Shown one piece after another: positions 18,719-29,230 of a stretch of DNA of 56,444 bases. The stretch is from NCBI GenBank assembly GCA_963840855.1, contig CAWJBB010000006.1, positions 1 to 56,444 of the forward strand, given 5' to 3'. The position numbers were made by a program, and so were the translations under genes. The notes beneath the pieces were generated by a model. It was not told where the DNA came from. It was given only the letters and a program-made list of their open reading frames with translations, and did not search any database. Within the stretch, counting starts at the first letter, position 1. Each line of letters opens with the position of its first letter. The stretch is from an uncultured delta proteobacterium. Its GTDB lineage: Bacteria > Desulfobacterota > Binatia > UBA9968.

Positions 18719-19840
18719 TTACACCGACTGCGCCTTGGGAAATCCATACGCTTCGAGAACTTTCTTTTGCAGCTCTTCGAGCTTGGGGGCGTATTCCCAG
18801 GCCACCAGCGCGGTTTTTTTCCCTTGCGTCAGCCGATAGGGCGTCGTGCCCGGGATATAGACCGAGCCTCTGGTATCACGATCGATGATGTGCTGAGCTT
18901 CAGGACTGGTAACAAACTCCAGCCAGAGCAGTCCGGCGAAGGGCGATGCGGCATTTGCGAAAACCGCTTCCTGATCACCCGCGCGGATGGGAATCGGTTC
19001 GACGACTTTGTAGGCCAGCGCGCCCGTGCGGTCTTTCTCCATGGCGTTTTTGGTCGTACTCAAGTTCGCGCCCAGCAACATTGGATACTCGCCGACGGCC
19101 ATCGCCGCGATGCTGCGCGAGTGGCCGCGGATCCAGATCGGGTTCTGCGCCGCCAGAGCCCTGGCGAACTGGAGGGTTTTTTCCAGACCCCAAACCGGCA
19201 CCAGATTGGCAACCTCTTGCGGCCGGATATCCACGAGGAACTTTCTCCCCTTGAGCTCCGGTTTGAGAAAATCCTCCCAGTTGTTGGGTACCTTGTCCTC
19301 CGAAATCAGATTTTTGTTGTAGGCAACCACCTGGGTCATCGTCGTGTAAGAGACAACATTGCGATTGACCGGATCGATCATCCGCACCGGAATGTTCAGA
19401 ACACCCTGTTGCGCCATGCCCAGAATGTCAAACTTCTTTTGGTGTGGGAAGTAGTCGTCATAATAATCCGTGGTCATGTAATTGACGTCCCAGCCGCTTG
19501 CGCTACCCGATTTCATTTCCAGCAGCATGCGCTGGTAGGTGTCGGTTCCGGAAATCTCCTCGACCCGCAGATCGATGAAGGGATACTTCTTCTTGAACGC
19601 CTCCGCCACCGGCTTGTTCAATTCGACTTCCAGTGAAGTCAGAATCCTGGCTTTTCCTTCCTTCCTGGCCTTGGCGACAATTTCATCGTGGCTGGTTTCA
19701 AAAAGAAATCCCTTGGCCTCCGCTTCCTGTTTAAATTTCTGTAGCGCGGGAGCCGCAGCGGCGGCGTTTACCGCAACCGGCAAACCAACGACGAATAAAA
19801 AAATTGCAATTGGCAACACCCGCAGTTGCTGAAGCTTCAT
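18719..19840 (-). CDS. Extracellular solute-binding protein (PBP2), tandem paralog of 17483..18610
   Basis: Long identical stretches such as MKSG.ASGWDVNY.TTDYYDDYFP; GGAGG RBS before ATG 19840. Confidence 0.9.
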   Translation of the reverse strand: MKLQQLRVLPIAIFLFVVGLPVAVNAAAAAPALQKFKQEAEAKGFLFETSHDEIVAKARKEGKARILTSLEVELNKPVAEAFKKKYPFIDLRVEEISGTDTYQRMLLEMKSGSASGWDVNYMTTDYYDDYFPHQKKFDILGMAQQGVLNIPVRMIDPVNRNVVSYTTMTQVVAYNKNLISEDKVPNNWEDFLKPELKGRKFLVDIRPQEVANLVPVWGLEKTLQFARALAAQNPIWIRGHSRSIAAMAVGEYPMLLGANLSTTKNAMEKDRTGALAYKVVEPIPIRAGDQEAVFANAASPFAGLLWLEFVTSPEAQHIIDRDTRGSVYIPGTTPYRLTQGKKTALVAWEYAPKLEELQKKVLEAYGFPKAQSV

Positions 19841-19884
19841 GATCAACCTCCCATCGTAGTCATCGCCGGCTCGCGAACATAGAC

Positions 19885-21249
19885 TCATCGGCTCAAGAGC
19901 GCCGCAAGCGTAGCAACGTCGCCTAGATTTTCCAAATTATGCGCGGTCTGCGCTATTGCCTGCGACCGCTGCTCGCCCAGCACGGGAACGCTGAGGGAGT
20001 GAAACTTCTCCTCCAATTCCTCGGCCGACAGAGGATTGTAAGGCGCGCCCGGCATCCGATCCACCAGAACCTTGAATTGACCGCCGTCGCCCATAGTGAT
20101 CTCGACGATGGCGGAGCGCACTGCGGGAAATATTTTCGTCAGTTCAGGATCAGCCACCAGCTCCACCCGTTTTTTCAATTCGAGCACCTGCGGGTCGTGC
20201 ATGCGCTCAAAGTCATGGGAATTTTGGAAGTCGATCTTGCCGTCGAGCATCGCCACCGCAAGCATGTACTGGCAGTTGACGTCGGGCATATGACGGTCGT
20301 TGATTGTGCGCGCCTGCGTGTCGGGCAGGCGCACGACTATTTTCTGGATCCGGCGGCCGTCCAGCCGGTGTTGTTTAACCAGAGTGAAGTAGCCTTCAAG
20401 CGTCGCCTGGATGGGCTGCCCCGCGGGATATTTTTTGATGCTCGTGTCGAGAATCTCATAACGCGAGCCCAGCTCTTTGACGACCTCCTCCGGATGCGAA
20501 TTCTCGGAGAACGCCTTGAAAAAATTTTCCTCGCCTTCAAAAACCGTCGCGGTGCCCGTAAAACCGGCCTGCGCCATCAGCGCCGCGGTGACCCCATTGC
20601 GCGCCGGCGCCCCGGAAAAACAGAGCGCTTTGTCGATATGCTCGGGATCTTGGCGCCAGGTATTCACTCCGGACGCCTGCGATGCGGCGAGCGCCAACGC
20701 GTGGCGCACTTGTTGCGCGCTCGCGCTCAACAGGCGGCTGGCCGCCGCTGCTGCGCCAAATACGGCGCACAGAGAGCCGGCGTGAAGTCCCCGCTTCCCC
20801 ATCCATCCGCGATCGAAGGCTTTGTTGATCCGGCACATGACGTCGTAGCCTAAGACCACCGCGGCGATTAGATCAGCACCGGAACGATGCTGCGTTTCCG
20901 CCACCGCCAGCGCGCTGGGCAAAATAACCGAACCGGGGTGGGTCACGGTTGGGAAATGCGCGTCATCGGTCTCGTCCGCGTGGGCCGTCATAGCGTTGGC
21001 GAGCGCCGCGAGAATCGGACTGGTACGAAGATCGGTCGCGACAATGGTCGCGTCTTGGGGCCCGCCCTGCGTGCGCACAAAGTCAATGCCTACCTTTCCG
21101 GGTTTGAGCTGCGAACCGGAAACCATCGCTCCGATCGTATCCAGAATATGGATCTTGGCCCGCTCCTTAATCGCCGGCGGTAGTTGACCGGCCTGCTCGC
21201 TGACAATGTAACGACTCAGCGGCTCCGTCACGTTTAGCTTTTCCGCCAT
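19885..21249 (-). CDS. MmgE/PrpD-family protein
   Basis: ILDTIG, AHADETDDAH..THPG, IKKYP, GAPYNPLS..EEKF. Confidence 0.9.
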   Translation of the reverse strand: MAEKLNVTEPLSRYIVSEQAGQLPPAIKERAKIHILDTIGAMVSGSQLKPGKVGIDFVRTQGGPQDATIVATDLRTSPILAALANAMTAHADETDDAHFPTVTHPGSVILPSALAVAETQHRSGADLIAAVVLGYDVMCRINKAFDRGWMGKRGLHAGSLCAVFGAAAAASRLLSASAQQVRHALALAASQASGVNTWRQDPEHIDKALCFSGAPARNGVTAALMAQAGFTGTATVFEGEENFFKAFSENSHPEEVVKELGSRYEILDTSIKKYPAGQPIQATLEGYFTLVKQHRLDGRRIQKIVVRLPDTQARTINDRHMPDVNCQYMLAVAMLDGKIDFQNSHDFERMHDPQVLELKKRVELVADPELTKIFPAVRSAIVEITMGDGGQFKVLVDRMPGAPYNPLSAEELEEKFHSLSVPVLGEQRSQAIAQTAHNLENLGDVATLAALLSR

Positions 21250-21284
21250 AACAATCCTCGTTAAGTTTACAAAACGTTACCGGC

Positions 21285-22622
21285 CTAGAGCCGGAGTAGC
21301 TCCGTCAAAGAGTTCGCGTCAGCTAACTCCTCCAGCTTGTCGACCGTCTCGATGATTCTTCCGATATTCGGCTCCTTCAGCACCCGTGCCGCGTTGTCGC
21401 GAAACTTTCCCACCCATTCCTCGCGCGGCAACGGATAACGCCAGTGGCTGCGTGGCAGCGGCTGCGCGGCGCTCACTTCTTTGCCGTCCCTGAGCTTAAT
21501 GACGACTTGGATATAGACGATGTCCGGATTGCGCGGAATATTTGGATCCACGCGTGCGGTCATCTTCTTGAGCAGCTCCCGCACGTCGCTGGCCAGCGCG
21601 CGCGCGTCGTGGAAACTCTCGATGGTGAGTTTTTGATCCAGGATCGCCATCGCGACATGATACTGGTAGCTAAATTTTCCTTCCAAGCCGGAGCCGATCT
21701 GCGGCCGGTTGAAGTGACCGCGCCGCGGGATGACGATCTCGATTGCGCTCACCTGCTCGGCGCTGATCTTGTGCTTTTTGACCAGTTCCAACGCGGGTTC
21801 GAAGGCGTGATGCAGGTGATAGCCGCTGGGATACATTTTTACGCCGATTCCGGGAGTAGCGAGATGGTATGGGTTGCCGAGGGTTGCCGTCAGACGCCAG
21901 TTGTCCGACATGTCTTTACCGAAAAAGGTTTCGAAAAACGCGCCGTCGAGAACTTCCGGATTGGCGGTAAACCCACGGGCCGCCAGCATCGCCGCCACGA
22001 TTCCGTTGCGCGCGCCGTGGCCGGCGTGAAACGGCTTGGTCATCGTGCCGCTCTGGAGGCTGATGCCGCTCGCCTCCGAAGCGGCAATGCCAAAGGCCAC
22101 TTGCATTTTCGCAGTGTCCAACCCCAACAATTTCGCCGCCGCCGCGGCGGCGCCGAAGGTTCCGAAGACCGGGGTAGGATGCCAACCGGCCCGCTCGTCG
22201 GCGCAGGAATGAAGCTTGCCCATAACTTCATAAGCCGCCACTTGCGCTGCCAACAACTGGCGGCCCGAGGCCCGCACGGTCTCCGCCACCGCCAACGACG
22301 CCGGGAAGGTGACGCCGGTTGGATGCGAGCCGGGCAACCACATGTCGTCGTAATCCGTCGCATGGCAGCATATGCCGTTGACAAACGCCGCCTGGGGCGC
22401 CGAGGTGCGGAGTTTCGTACCCCATGCCACGCACTCCGGCGTCCCGCCCGTCGTCTGGACGAAATCGAGAGCGATCTTGCCGACTTCCTGCGTGCTCCCC
22501 GCGAGTGCGACGCCGATGACATCGAGGATCTGCCGCTTGGCGCGCTCCACCACCTCTTGCGGTATGTTTTCATATTTCAGATCGGTCACAAAACTCGACA
22601 TGATTTCAGTATTTCGCTGCAT
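21285..22622 (-). CDS. MmgE/PrpD-family protein
   Basis: ILDVIG, HATDYDD...HP, GTMTKPFHAGHGARNG, KMYPS. Confidence 0.9.
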   Translation of the reverse strand: MQRNTEIMSSFVTDLKYENIPQEVVERAKRQILDVIGVALAGSTQEVGKIALDFVQTTGGTPECVAWGTKLRTSAPQAAFVNGICCHATDYDDMWLPGSHPTGVTFPASLAVAETVRASGRQLLAAQVAAYEVMGKLHSCADERAGWHPTPVFGTFGAAAAAAKLLGLDTAKMQVAFGIAASEASGISLQSGTMTKPFHAGHGARNGIVAAMLAARGFTANPEVLDGAFFETFFGKDMSDNWRLTATLGNPYHLATPGIGVKMYPSGYHLHHAFEPALELVKKHKISAEQVSAIEIVIPRRGHFNRPQIGSGLEGKFSYQYHVAMAILDQKLTIESFHDARALASDVRELLKKMTARVDPNIPRNPDIVYIQVVIKLRDGKEVSAAQPLPRSHWRYPLPREEWVGKFRDNAARVLKEPNIGRIIETVDKLEELADANSLTELLRL

Positions 22623-22809
22623 TGCTCACCTCAAGCCGAAAGCGGTTCAAAGTTCAAAGATAATAACCATCAAGGCGTCTTGAATCTCACAGACGCTATT
22701 TCGTCAGTCTTTGACTCAACTATCACACTGGCGGATTGAAATGCCAGTGAAGAGCACACTGTCTGTGCGGTTCAAAGATTAACATTCAAGTCTGCCCCGA
22801 GTTTACCGA

Positions 22810-22891
22810 ACGGGTTCAAAGTTAGGGATTGTGTTTACGCGGTTTATGAACGATCGAAATACGTTGAACATTGAACCTTGAACTTTGAACC
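22810..22891. repeat. GTTCAAN/NTTGAAC heptamer inverted repeat
   Basis: ggttcaaagtt ... ttgaacattgaaccttgaactttgaacc; same family at 41396-41486. Confidence 0.55.
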
Positions 22892-22901
22892 TTCCTTGTT
22901 G

Positions 22902-24212
22902 TCATCGCCTCGTTCTTATCGCGCTCTCTTCGACTTCCTCCGCGATTTGCGCTGAGCTCAACGCCGGCTCCGACAGCTCTTCAGGCGGCTTTAGGTCGCG
23001 GAAGGTGAAATAATACAAGATGTCGTGGGTAAACTGGATCGCGCCGCCAAGATAAAAGGGTAAAGAGGTAGAGACAGCCGACATCATGTACGCCGCCACG
23101 CTCGGACTGAAGGAGCCGGAAAACCTTTGAAAAACCGTGGTGAACCCGCGCGCCCGGGCACGCTCCTCGCGCGGCACGACGGCCATCATATAGGATTGCT
23201 TGATCGGATTGTCCATCCGGCTTATGGCCTGTCTCAGCACCTGGATTATGGCAGCCGTGTGGAAGTCCGGGGCGAAAGGCATAAGCATAAGGAGCAGCGG
23301 CGCGGGCAGGTGTGTAATGACTGTCGCGTTGACGTTACCGATGCGATCCGCGAGCTTCGCGCCGAAGATCAATGTCAGGCTGCCGACCACGTTGGAAATG
23401 GCGAAGAGCGGCCCGATGTCGCTCAGCGACGCGCCATAGACCACAAAGAACCAGTACGCTAGCAGCGAGCTATGAAGGGAGGAGCCAAAGCTGTCAAAGG
23501 CTCCCAGCAAAGCCATTTTGGCAACGAACCGCTTGCTCTTCTGCGGTATGATGTTGCCCACGCCGAAGCGTTGCTTCACTCTAGCCGGGCCGATTGTTTT
23601 TGTCCTTGGGGTTTCCCGATAGAACGACAAGACCACGAGGTAAAAAAAACTCGTTACACAGCCGATCAGGAAAAGCAGCCGGTAGGACGAAAGCTCATCA
23701 ACGCCGTAGCCCCGAAAAATGTCCGGTAGCGCGGCTAGAAGCGCGCCCAGCGATCCCGCGAAGTGCAGCACCAGAGCGTTGGCGGCAAAGATGACGTTTC
23801 TCTTCTCGTTAGGCGCCTCGTCGGCAAGCATGGCAACCTGGCCGACCATCACCGGGCCACCTAACCCTCCCGCACCGGACCCGCCGGCTCTCGCCCCGAT
23901 CAGCCCCAGCGCCGACATCGTCGCCACAACGACGGGATCGCTGCTCCATGCCATCACCGCTGAGCCAACGAGCGTGAGCAGGCCCCAGAAGAGCATGAGC
24001 CGCTTGCGTGAATAGTGGTCCATCAGAACGCTGCCGAGTAAGGTCTGGACCACGCCGCTCAAGCTCGAGACGGTAACGACGGTTCCTATGGTGATCGTGC
24101 CGAAGCCGAGCTTGCTCAGGTAGATGGCGAAGATAACATTGTAAAAACCGAAACCCAGGTTGCGCACGGCCCCCGACGCGATGAGTATGGCGATGTTGCG
24201 GGAAATCCCCAT
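22902..24212 (-). CDS. MFS transporter
   Basis: About 12 hydrophobic segments; motif A variants GSVLMDHYSRK and GAKLADRIG. Confidence 0.9.
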   Translation of the reverse strand: MGISRNIAILIASGAVRNLGFGFYNVIFAIYLSKLGFGTITIGTVVTVSSLSGVVQTLLGSVLMDHYSRKRLMLFWGLLTLVGSAVMAWSSDPVVVATMSALGLIGARAGGSGAGGLGGPVMVGQVAMLADEAPNEKRNVIFAANALVLHFAGSLGALLAALPDIFRGYGVDELSSYRLLFLIGCVTSFFYLVVLSFYRETPRTKTIGPARVKQRFGVGNIIPQKSKRFVAKMALLGAFDSFGSSLHSSLLAYWFFVVYGASLSDIGPLFAISNVVGSLTLIFGAKLADRIGNVNATVITHLPAPLLLMLMPFAPDFHTAAIIQVLRQAISRMDNPIKQSYMMAVVPREERARARGFTTVFQRFSGSFSPSVAAYMMSAVSTSLPFYLGGAIQFTHDILYYFTFRDLKPPEELSEPALSSAQIAEEVEESAIRTRR

Positions 24213-24472
24213 GACTTCGAAATAAATTTAACCGCAAAGGGCCCGAGCCGCAACTATATGAGCAGAGGAAAAGAAATTTCACCACGAAGGCACGATAGTT
24301 CTCGAAGTTTAAGAGTATAAATTCCAAAGCCGTTCAAAGGTCGTTCGAAACATGTTCGAAGTGAGTTCGCTCTGATTCTCGATCTTTCGTTTTCTGAATC
24401 AATTCGGCGATCTTGGACGGCTTGAACACCGCGAATCAATCTTCGCATTGAACTGCGGCTTTGCCGCGTTTT

Positions 24473-26623
24473 TTAAACCGGCGCCGCCGCATGGGTGCGC
24501 TCCTGGAGAACCTGTGCCAATGCCGCGCGCAAATGGGCCATCGAGAGCGAAATATCTTTGCGGTAGTTCCCGGCGCGGAGCGCGATGAACTTGGCACGCT
24601 CGCAGATCGCCGAAAGATCGGCGCCGGAAAATCCGTCGGTGGTTTCGGCAATGCACTGGATCTCTCGCTCCAATTCCGCCTTTTCGTCCGCAAGGGCGAG
24701 CTTGGACAAAAGCACTTTCAATATCTCTCGCCGTTCCGCTGGGTCCGGTAGACCCACGTATATCTCCAATCCTAGCCTGCCGGGCCGCAGCAGAGCCGGG
24801 TCCAGGAGATCGCGCCGGTTAGTCGCGGCGACGACGATGACCTGGCTTGTGGGCCGAAGTCCGTCCATTTCGGCGAGCAATTGGTTCACTACCCGCTCGG
24901 TAGTGGCGTTGGCGGCTTCGCCCCGGCGCTTGGCGGCAATCGCGTCGATCTGATCGAAGAGAATCACGGTGGGTTGCACCTGCCGGGCCATTTGAAAAAC
25001 ATTGCGGATGGTCTGTTCGGACTCGCCGAGCCACATGCTGAAAATTTCCGGACCGTTTACCGGGATAAAATTCGCGCCGCATTCATTGGCCAGCGCCTTG
25101 GCGAGCATGGTTTTGCCGGTTCCCGGCGGACCATAGAGTAAAATCCCGGTCGACCGACGCAGTCCGAGCCGCGCAAAAGCGTCCGGATAAAGCAAGGGAG
25201 CTTCCACCGCTTCACGCAGTTGCTCGATGATGTTTTTGAGCCCGCCGACATCCGCCCAACTCACATCCGGCGTCACCCACAAAGTTTCGCGCAGGGCGGA
25301 GGGCGAAGTTTTCTCCAGGGCGCTGACAAAGTCGTCTTTGCTGACGACGATATGGTCTAGGCTGCCTTGGCTTTGCAGAGCGGTGAAGCCTCGGCCGGCG
25401 CTGCGCCTGAGCGCATTCAAGCCCGCCTGGCGCACCAGCTCCATTAAGTCCGCGCCCACATAGCCATGGGTTCGGCGCGCCACTTCCGGCAGAAATGCGA
25501 TGGCGTCTTCGTCCATCGGCACTCTGCGCGTATGAATGTTGAGTATCTCCGAACGGCCTTCCGCGTCGGGCGGCGCAATGAATATCTCGCGATCGAAGCG
25601 CCCCGGCCGGCGCAACGCCGGATCGACGGCGTCCAAGCGATTGGTCGTGCCGATGACGACCACGTCTTCCATGCTGATCAATCCGTCCAGTAACGAGAGC
25701 AACTGCGTGCCCATGCGCACATCCGCCTGCGAGCCGCTCTCGCCGCGCCGCGGCGCGATCGCGTCGAGCTCATCCATCATCACGATGGAGGGACTATGCT
25801 CCATCGCTTCCTCGAAAACACGCCGCAGATTGGCCTCGGTGCCGCCGTGCACGGAACTCACCAACTCGGGGCCATTAACGTAGAGAAAATGCGCGCCGAT
25901 CTCGTTGGCGATGGCCTTTGCCAAGAAAGTCTTGCCGACGCCGGGAGGTCCGTAAAAGAGAATGCCGCGCGGCGCTTCGATGCCCAGGTGTTCATACACT
26001 TGCGGCAATTGAATCGGGCATTCGACCAGCTCGCGGATCTGCTCGATCTCGTTGGCAAGCCCGCCGACGTCGTCAAAGGTCACCATGTTTGCCGCCACGC
26101 CGGCCCTGAGCGCGCTGGTGCGCAGAACAACCCGCGTGTTTTCACCCACCAGCGAGCGGTCCGGCTCAGCGGATATGACGCGGAAGATCACGTTGCGTGG
26201 GTATTCGAAAAGCTTCACCGAAAGCACCATACCGCTGCAAGTCAGCTGCTTCTCCTCAACGAAGCGCGTCTGGAGCTCTCGTTCAAGCGCTGTAAGGTTT
26301 CCGGTCAAGGGCGCCATCGGTTCCAAGACCAGGCGTTTGGCCTCTTCGACATTGACCGGTTTGAGGGAAATCTTTTCGCGCAGATCGGGCTTTAGAAAGC
26401 GAATCTGAAAGCGGTCCAGGCGTACGCAGCCCCGCCCTTCATCCTGAGGGCGCGCCGCCGCCCGCGCCAGCAAGCGCCGCGCGCGCTGGGTCGTGAGTTC
26501 GACCACGCCGCCTTCGTGAATGCCCTCCTGCGCGATGATCCCCGGATCCAGAAAAGCGAGATTGCGGCCACTCTCGGCGCTCGGCAGCCGCTCCACCGGC
26601 AAATTCAACATCCTGGCCGGCAT
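24473..26623 (-). CDS. CDC48/p97/VAT-like double-AAA+ ATPase
   Basis: N-domain, D1 [33 protein letters not shown]; D2 [33 protein letters not shown]. Confidence 0.92.
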   Translation of the reverse strand: MPARMLNLPVERLPSAESGRNLAFLDPGIIAQEGIHEGGVVELTTQRARRLLARAAARPQDEGRGCVRLDRFQIRFLKPDLREKISLKPVNVEEAKRLVLEPMAPLTGNLTALERELQTRFVEEKQLTCSGMVLSVKLFEYPRNVIFRVISAEPDRSLVGENTRVVLRTSALRAGVAANMVTFDDVGGLANEIEQIRELVECPIQLPQVYEHLGIEAPRGILFYGPPGVGKTFLAKAIANEIGAHFLYVNGPELVSSVHGGTEANLRRVFEEAMEHSPSIVMMDELDAIAPRRGESGSQADVRMGTQLLSLLDGLISMEDVVVIGTTNRLDAVDPALRRPGRFDREIFIAPPDAEGRSEILNIHTRRVPMDEDAIAFLPEVARRTHGYVGADLMELVRQAGLNALRRSAGRGFTALQSQGSLDHIVVSKDDFVSALEKTSPSALRETLWVTPDVSWADVGGLKNIIEQLREAVEAPLLYPDAFARLGLRRSTGILLYGPPGTGKTMLAKALANECGANFIPVNGPEIFSMWLGESEQTIRNVFQMARQVQPTVILFDQIDAIAAKRRGEAANATTERVVNQLLAEMDGLRPTSQVIVVAATNRRDLLDPALLRPGRLGLEIYVGLPDPAERREILKVLLSKLALADEKAELEREIQCIAETTDGFSGADLSAICERAKFIALRAGNYRKDISLSMAHLRAALAQVLQERTHAAAPV

Positions 26624-26625
26624 CC

Positions 26626-27744
26626 TTATTTGTTCCAGCTGGAGGCGTCGCTGATATGCTCGATGCCGCCGAGAAATTCATGGGCGAGCTGCCGCGGCCA
26701 GGTCGAAAGCAGCCGCACCGGCGTGTTGCCGTCGTTGAAGTGCTGGTGCGCGGTCATCGGCGGAATACAGATGATGTCGCCGGCTTCCCAAGGGTATTTA
26801 GTTTGCTCGTGTACGTCGTAGCCTTTGCCTTCCTGGACGAAGATCATTTCTTCGAAGATATGCCGGTGCTTGCCCGTATGGCCGCTGGGCTCGATCTCCA
26901 TCGCCATGAAATCCAGAGCCCGAGCCGCCACTTCGGTCCACAGGCTGATGTAAAATTGCAGGTGGCCCTGGCGCGTTTGCTCGATGGCTGTGTCCTTTCC
27001 TTTGATGACCCGCGGGCCCTTATCTTCCAAAGCATTCTCTTCAACCAGCCGATTGAGAAACCAATCGTATTTGGTTTTTCCTTGAACTCCCTGTTTGACG
27101 GCGCGCCGCGCGGCAAAAACGGCTTCGCGTTTTCCATCCGCGCCCTTGCGCACTTCGAGATCTTCCTCCAAGCCGAGAATGCCGCGCGGCACGCGAAAGC
27201 CGATCAACTGCCCCGCGGAATCTTTGATCGGTTCGGTTCCTTCAGGAATGCTCTGGAAATCAAACTGTTCCTGCCAGAGCAGCCCGAGCACGTGCCACAG
27301 ACGCACCTGGGGCAGCCAGGCGCGAAAGCCGGTTTGAGCGTTAGCGATGAATTCTTGCGTCGTATAAGGCGGGATCACCACCAAATCGTTAGCCGAAAAA
27401 GCGTAGCTTTTGCCGTCCTGCGCGCATTCGCCGCTGCCCGCGAGGATGTAGGCGATCATCGAGGGAACCAAACGTATTTTCTCGCTCCGGCCGCCCGGTT
27501 TCACTTCGAGAAAACCGCATGACAAAGCGCTCAGCGGCGCGACGGTATAGCGCTCGAATACGCGCAGGTCGCCCAGGACATTGCCGCCCTTGGCGAACAT
27601 CGGCGGCTTGACGACCCGGGGCAAAAGCTCCATGCGCTCGCGCTCGAGCTTTTGCTTGATAAAACGGCCCTCGTAGTCGTAATAGAGTTTCGGGTCGACT
27701 TCCTCCTCGCGCAGGCGCTCTCTAACGCGCTCTATTTCCGCCAT
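26626..27744 (-). CDS. Bicupin protein (only C-terminal metal site intact)
   Basis: C-terminal GKHRHIFEE...AHQHFN; N-terminal cupin lacks His ligands; 2 nt upstream of CDC48 start. Confidence 0.85.
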   Translation of the reverse strand: MAEIERVRERLREEEVDPKLYYDYEGRFIKQKLERERMELLPRVVKPPMFAKGGNVLGDLRVFERYTVAPLSALSCGFLEVKPGGRSEKIRLVPSMIAYILAGSGECAQDGKSYAFSANDLVVIPPYTTQEFIANAQTGFRAWLPQVRLWHVLGLLWQEQFDFQSIPEGTEPIKDSAGQLIGFRVPRGILGLEEDLEVRKGADGKREAVFAARRAVKQGVQGKTKYDWFLNRLVEENALEDKGPRVIKGKDTAIEQTRQGHLQFYISLWTEVAARALDFMAMEIEPSGHTGKHRHIFEEMIFVQEGKGYDVHEQTKYPWEAGDIICIPPMTAHQHFNDGNTPVRLLSTWPRQLAHEFLGGIEHISDASSWNK

Positions 27745-27750
27745 GATCTT

Positions 27751-28896
27751 TTACCTTCCTTTCTCGTCAAACTCCGGTGCATTCTCCAATTGCTCGATGC
27801 CGCCCAGGCCAAGATCGCTACACATGCTCGGCACGGAGCTGAGCAGGAGGACCGGATTGGCCGGGTCGGCGTTAAAGTGTTGATGCTCAACCATGGATGG
27901 AATGTTGATCAGATCCCCCTTCTGCCAGTTCCAGCGCTCGCCTTCGTGTATGTCGTAACCTCGCCCATTGATCACGAAAATCTGCTCTTCGGCCAGATGG
28001 CGGTGCCGCCCGGAGCGGCTGCCAGGAGGAATCTCCTGCATGCTGATCCAGACTCTGCGGGCGGACGACTCCATGTGCGGGTGGGTGTACCATTTCAAGC
28101 GGCCCTGCGGCGTCCATTCCCAGGGCTGGTCTTCGTAGCGAATCACATGACTGATGGTTTTACAGAAGGTGACCTCTTCACGGAGCAACTTGAGATAGCG
28201 GTCATAGGTGTTATCGACGCTGTCCGTCCACTCTTTGCTCTCCAGCCGGGCGCGAAACACGCCTTCGACATCGGGAGACGGACCGAGGAAAACATCGAGA
28301 TCTTCTTTGATCCCCAGAACGCCTTTTTTGATGCGGTAGCCGATCAGCTTTTTTTCGTTGTCGTACAGCGGTTCGGTGCCGTCGGGAAAATTGGGTTTTT
28401 CACCGAACTTGATCTGTTCGCGGTGCAAGAGGCCGAGGGCGTGAATCATGCGCGACTGCGGCACATAAATCTGGCAGCCCACATCGCGGTCGCCGCCATG
28501 CTGATGAATCGTGTAGGGCGGCACGATCAGAAGATCGAAGACTTCAAAATGATAGGTCTCTCCGTCGTTCCATTCCCAGCCCTTGCCGGCTGTGCAAAAA
28601 AGCGTGGGCGCGCTGATATGGCGGTGCGCGCCGCGCACCGGCGCGTTGGGCGGAATGTCGGAAAAATGGCAAGTGAGAATGTACATCGGGCTGCGGTTAA
28701 GGATGTCGTAGCAGAGCAGATCGCCGGTCTGGTGCGGGCTGCTGTGACCCATCACCGTGCCTTGCGGCGGGATCGGCTTGAGCACGCGGGGCAGGGTACC
28801 GGCAAAAAATTCCTCGCGCCGCTGGTGCACGAAGCGCTTCAAGCGGTCCGAATAAACGACTTCGTCGCCGCTTTCCCAAGGAGTCAGGTTAGACAT
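27751..28896 (-). CDS. Bicupin protein (gentisate-dioxygenase-like fold)
   Basis: Two sites: GAHRHISAP..IHQH and GRHRHLAEE..EHQH. Confidence 0.85.
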   Translation of the reverse strand: MSNLTPWESGDEVVYSDRLKRFVHQRREEFFAGTLPRVLKPIPPQGTVMGHSSPHQTGDLLCYDILNRSPMYILTCHFSDIPPNAPVRGAHRHISAPTLFCTAGKGWEWNDGETYHFEVFDLLIVPPYTIHQHGGDRDVGCQIYVPQSRMIHALGLLHREQIKFGEKPNFPDGTEPLYDNEKKLIGYRIKKGVLGIKEDLDVFLGPSPDVEGVFRARLESKEWTDSVDNTYDRYLKLLREEVTFCKTISHVIRYEDQPWEWTPQGRLKWYTHPHMESSARRVWISMQEIPPGSRSGRHRHLAEEQIFVINGRGYDIHEGERWNWQKGDLINIPSMVEHQHFNADPANPVLLLSSVPSMCSDLGLGGIEQLENAPEFDEKGR

Positions 28897-29103
28897 CGCA
28901 AGTTCCCTTCGGGCTGATAATTTTAGGGTTCAAAACGTTCAACCGCTCCGCTCCGTTCAAGCCGTTTGAACGGCAAGACATTCTCTCGCCAAGAAAGAAT
29001 CGGGATTCGTAGGGGCGGGTTTGAAACCCGCCCTCTTAGCTGCCCATTCGTGGAAGATCAGCCATTCTTCCGCGGGTTTTCCAGGCATTGGCCGAAAACT
29101 TAG

Positions 29104-29150
29104 ATTCCCGCCCTTCGACTGCACTCAGGACATGCTTCCGCGGGAATGAC
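29104..29150. repeat. ATTCCCGC...GCGGGAATGAC palindromic repeat with nested CCTTCGAC..CTCAGG unit
   Basis: Inverted ends visible directly. Confidence 0.5.
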
Positions 29151-29230
29151 GCCAGTTAAACTATGTGGTGACGGGTCTTTACTGGCAGTTGTATCCCTAA
29201 TCTCACACTTTTTAGTTCTTCGCATTGCTC

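Noticed and set aside
18599-28917. Long plus-strand ORFs (18599..19636, 19939..20853, 21444..22739, 26656..27522, 27652..28917)
   Set aside because: Antisense to well-supported genes with no recognisable motifs; typical GC-rich shadow ORFs.
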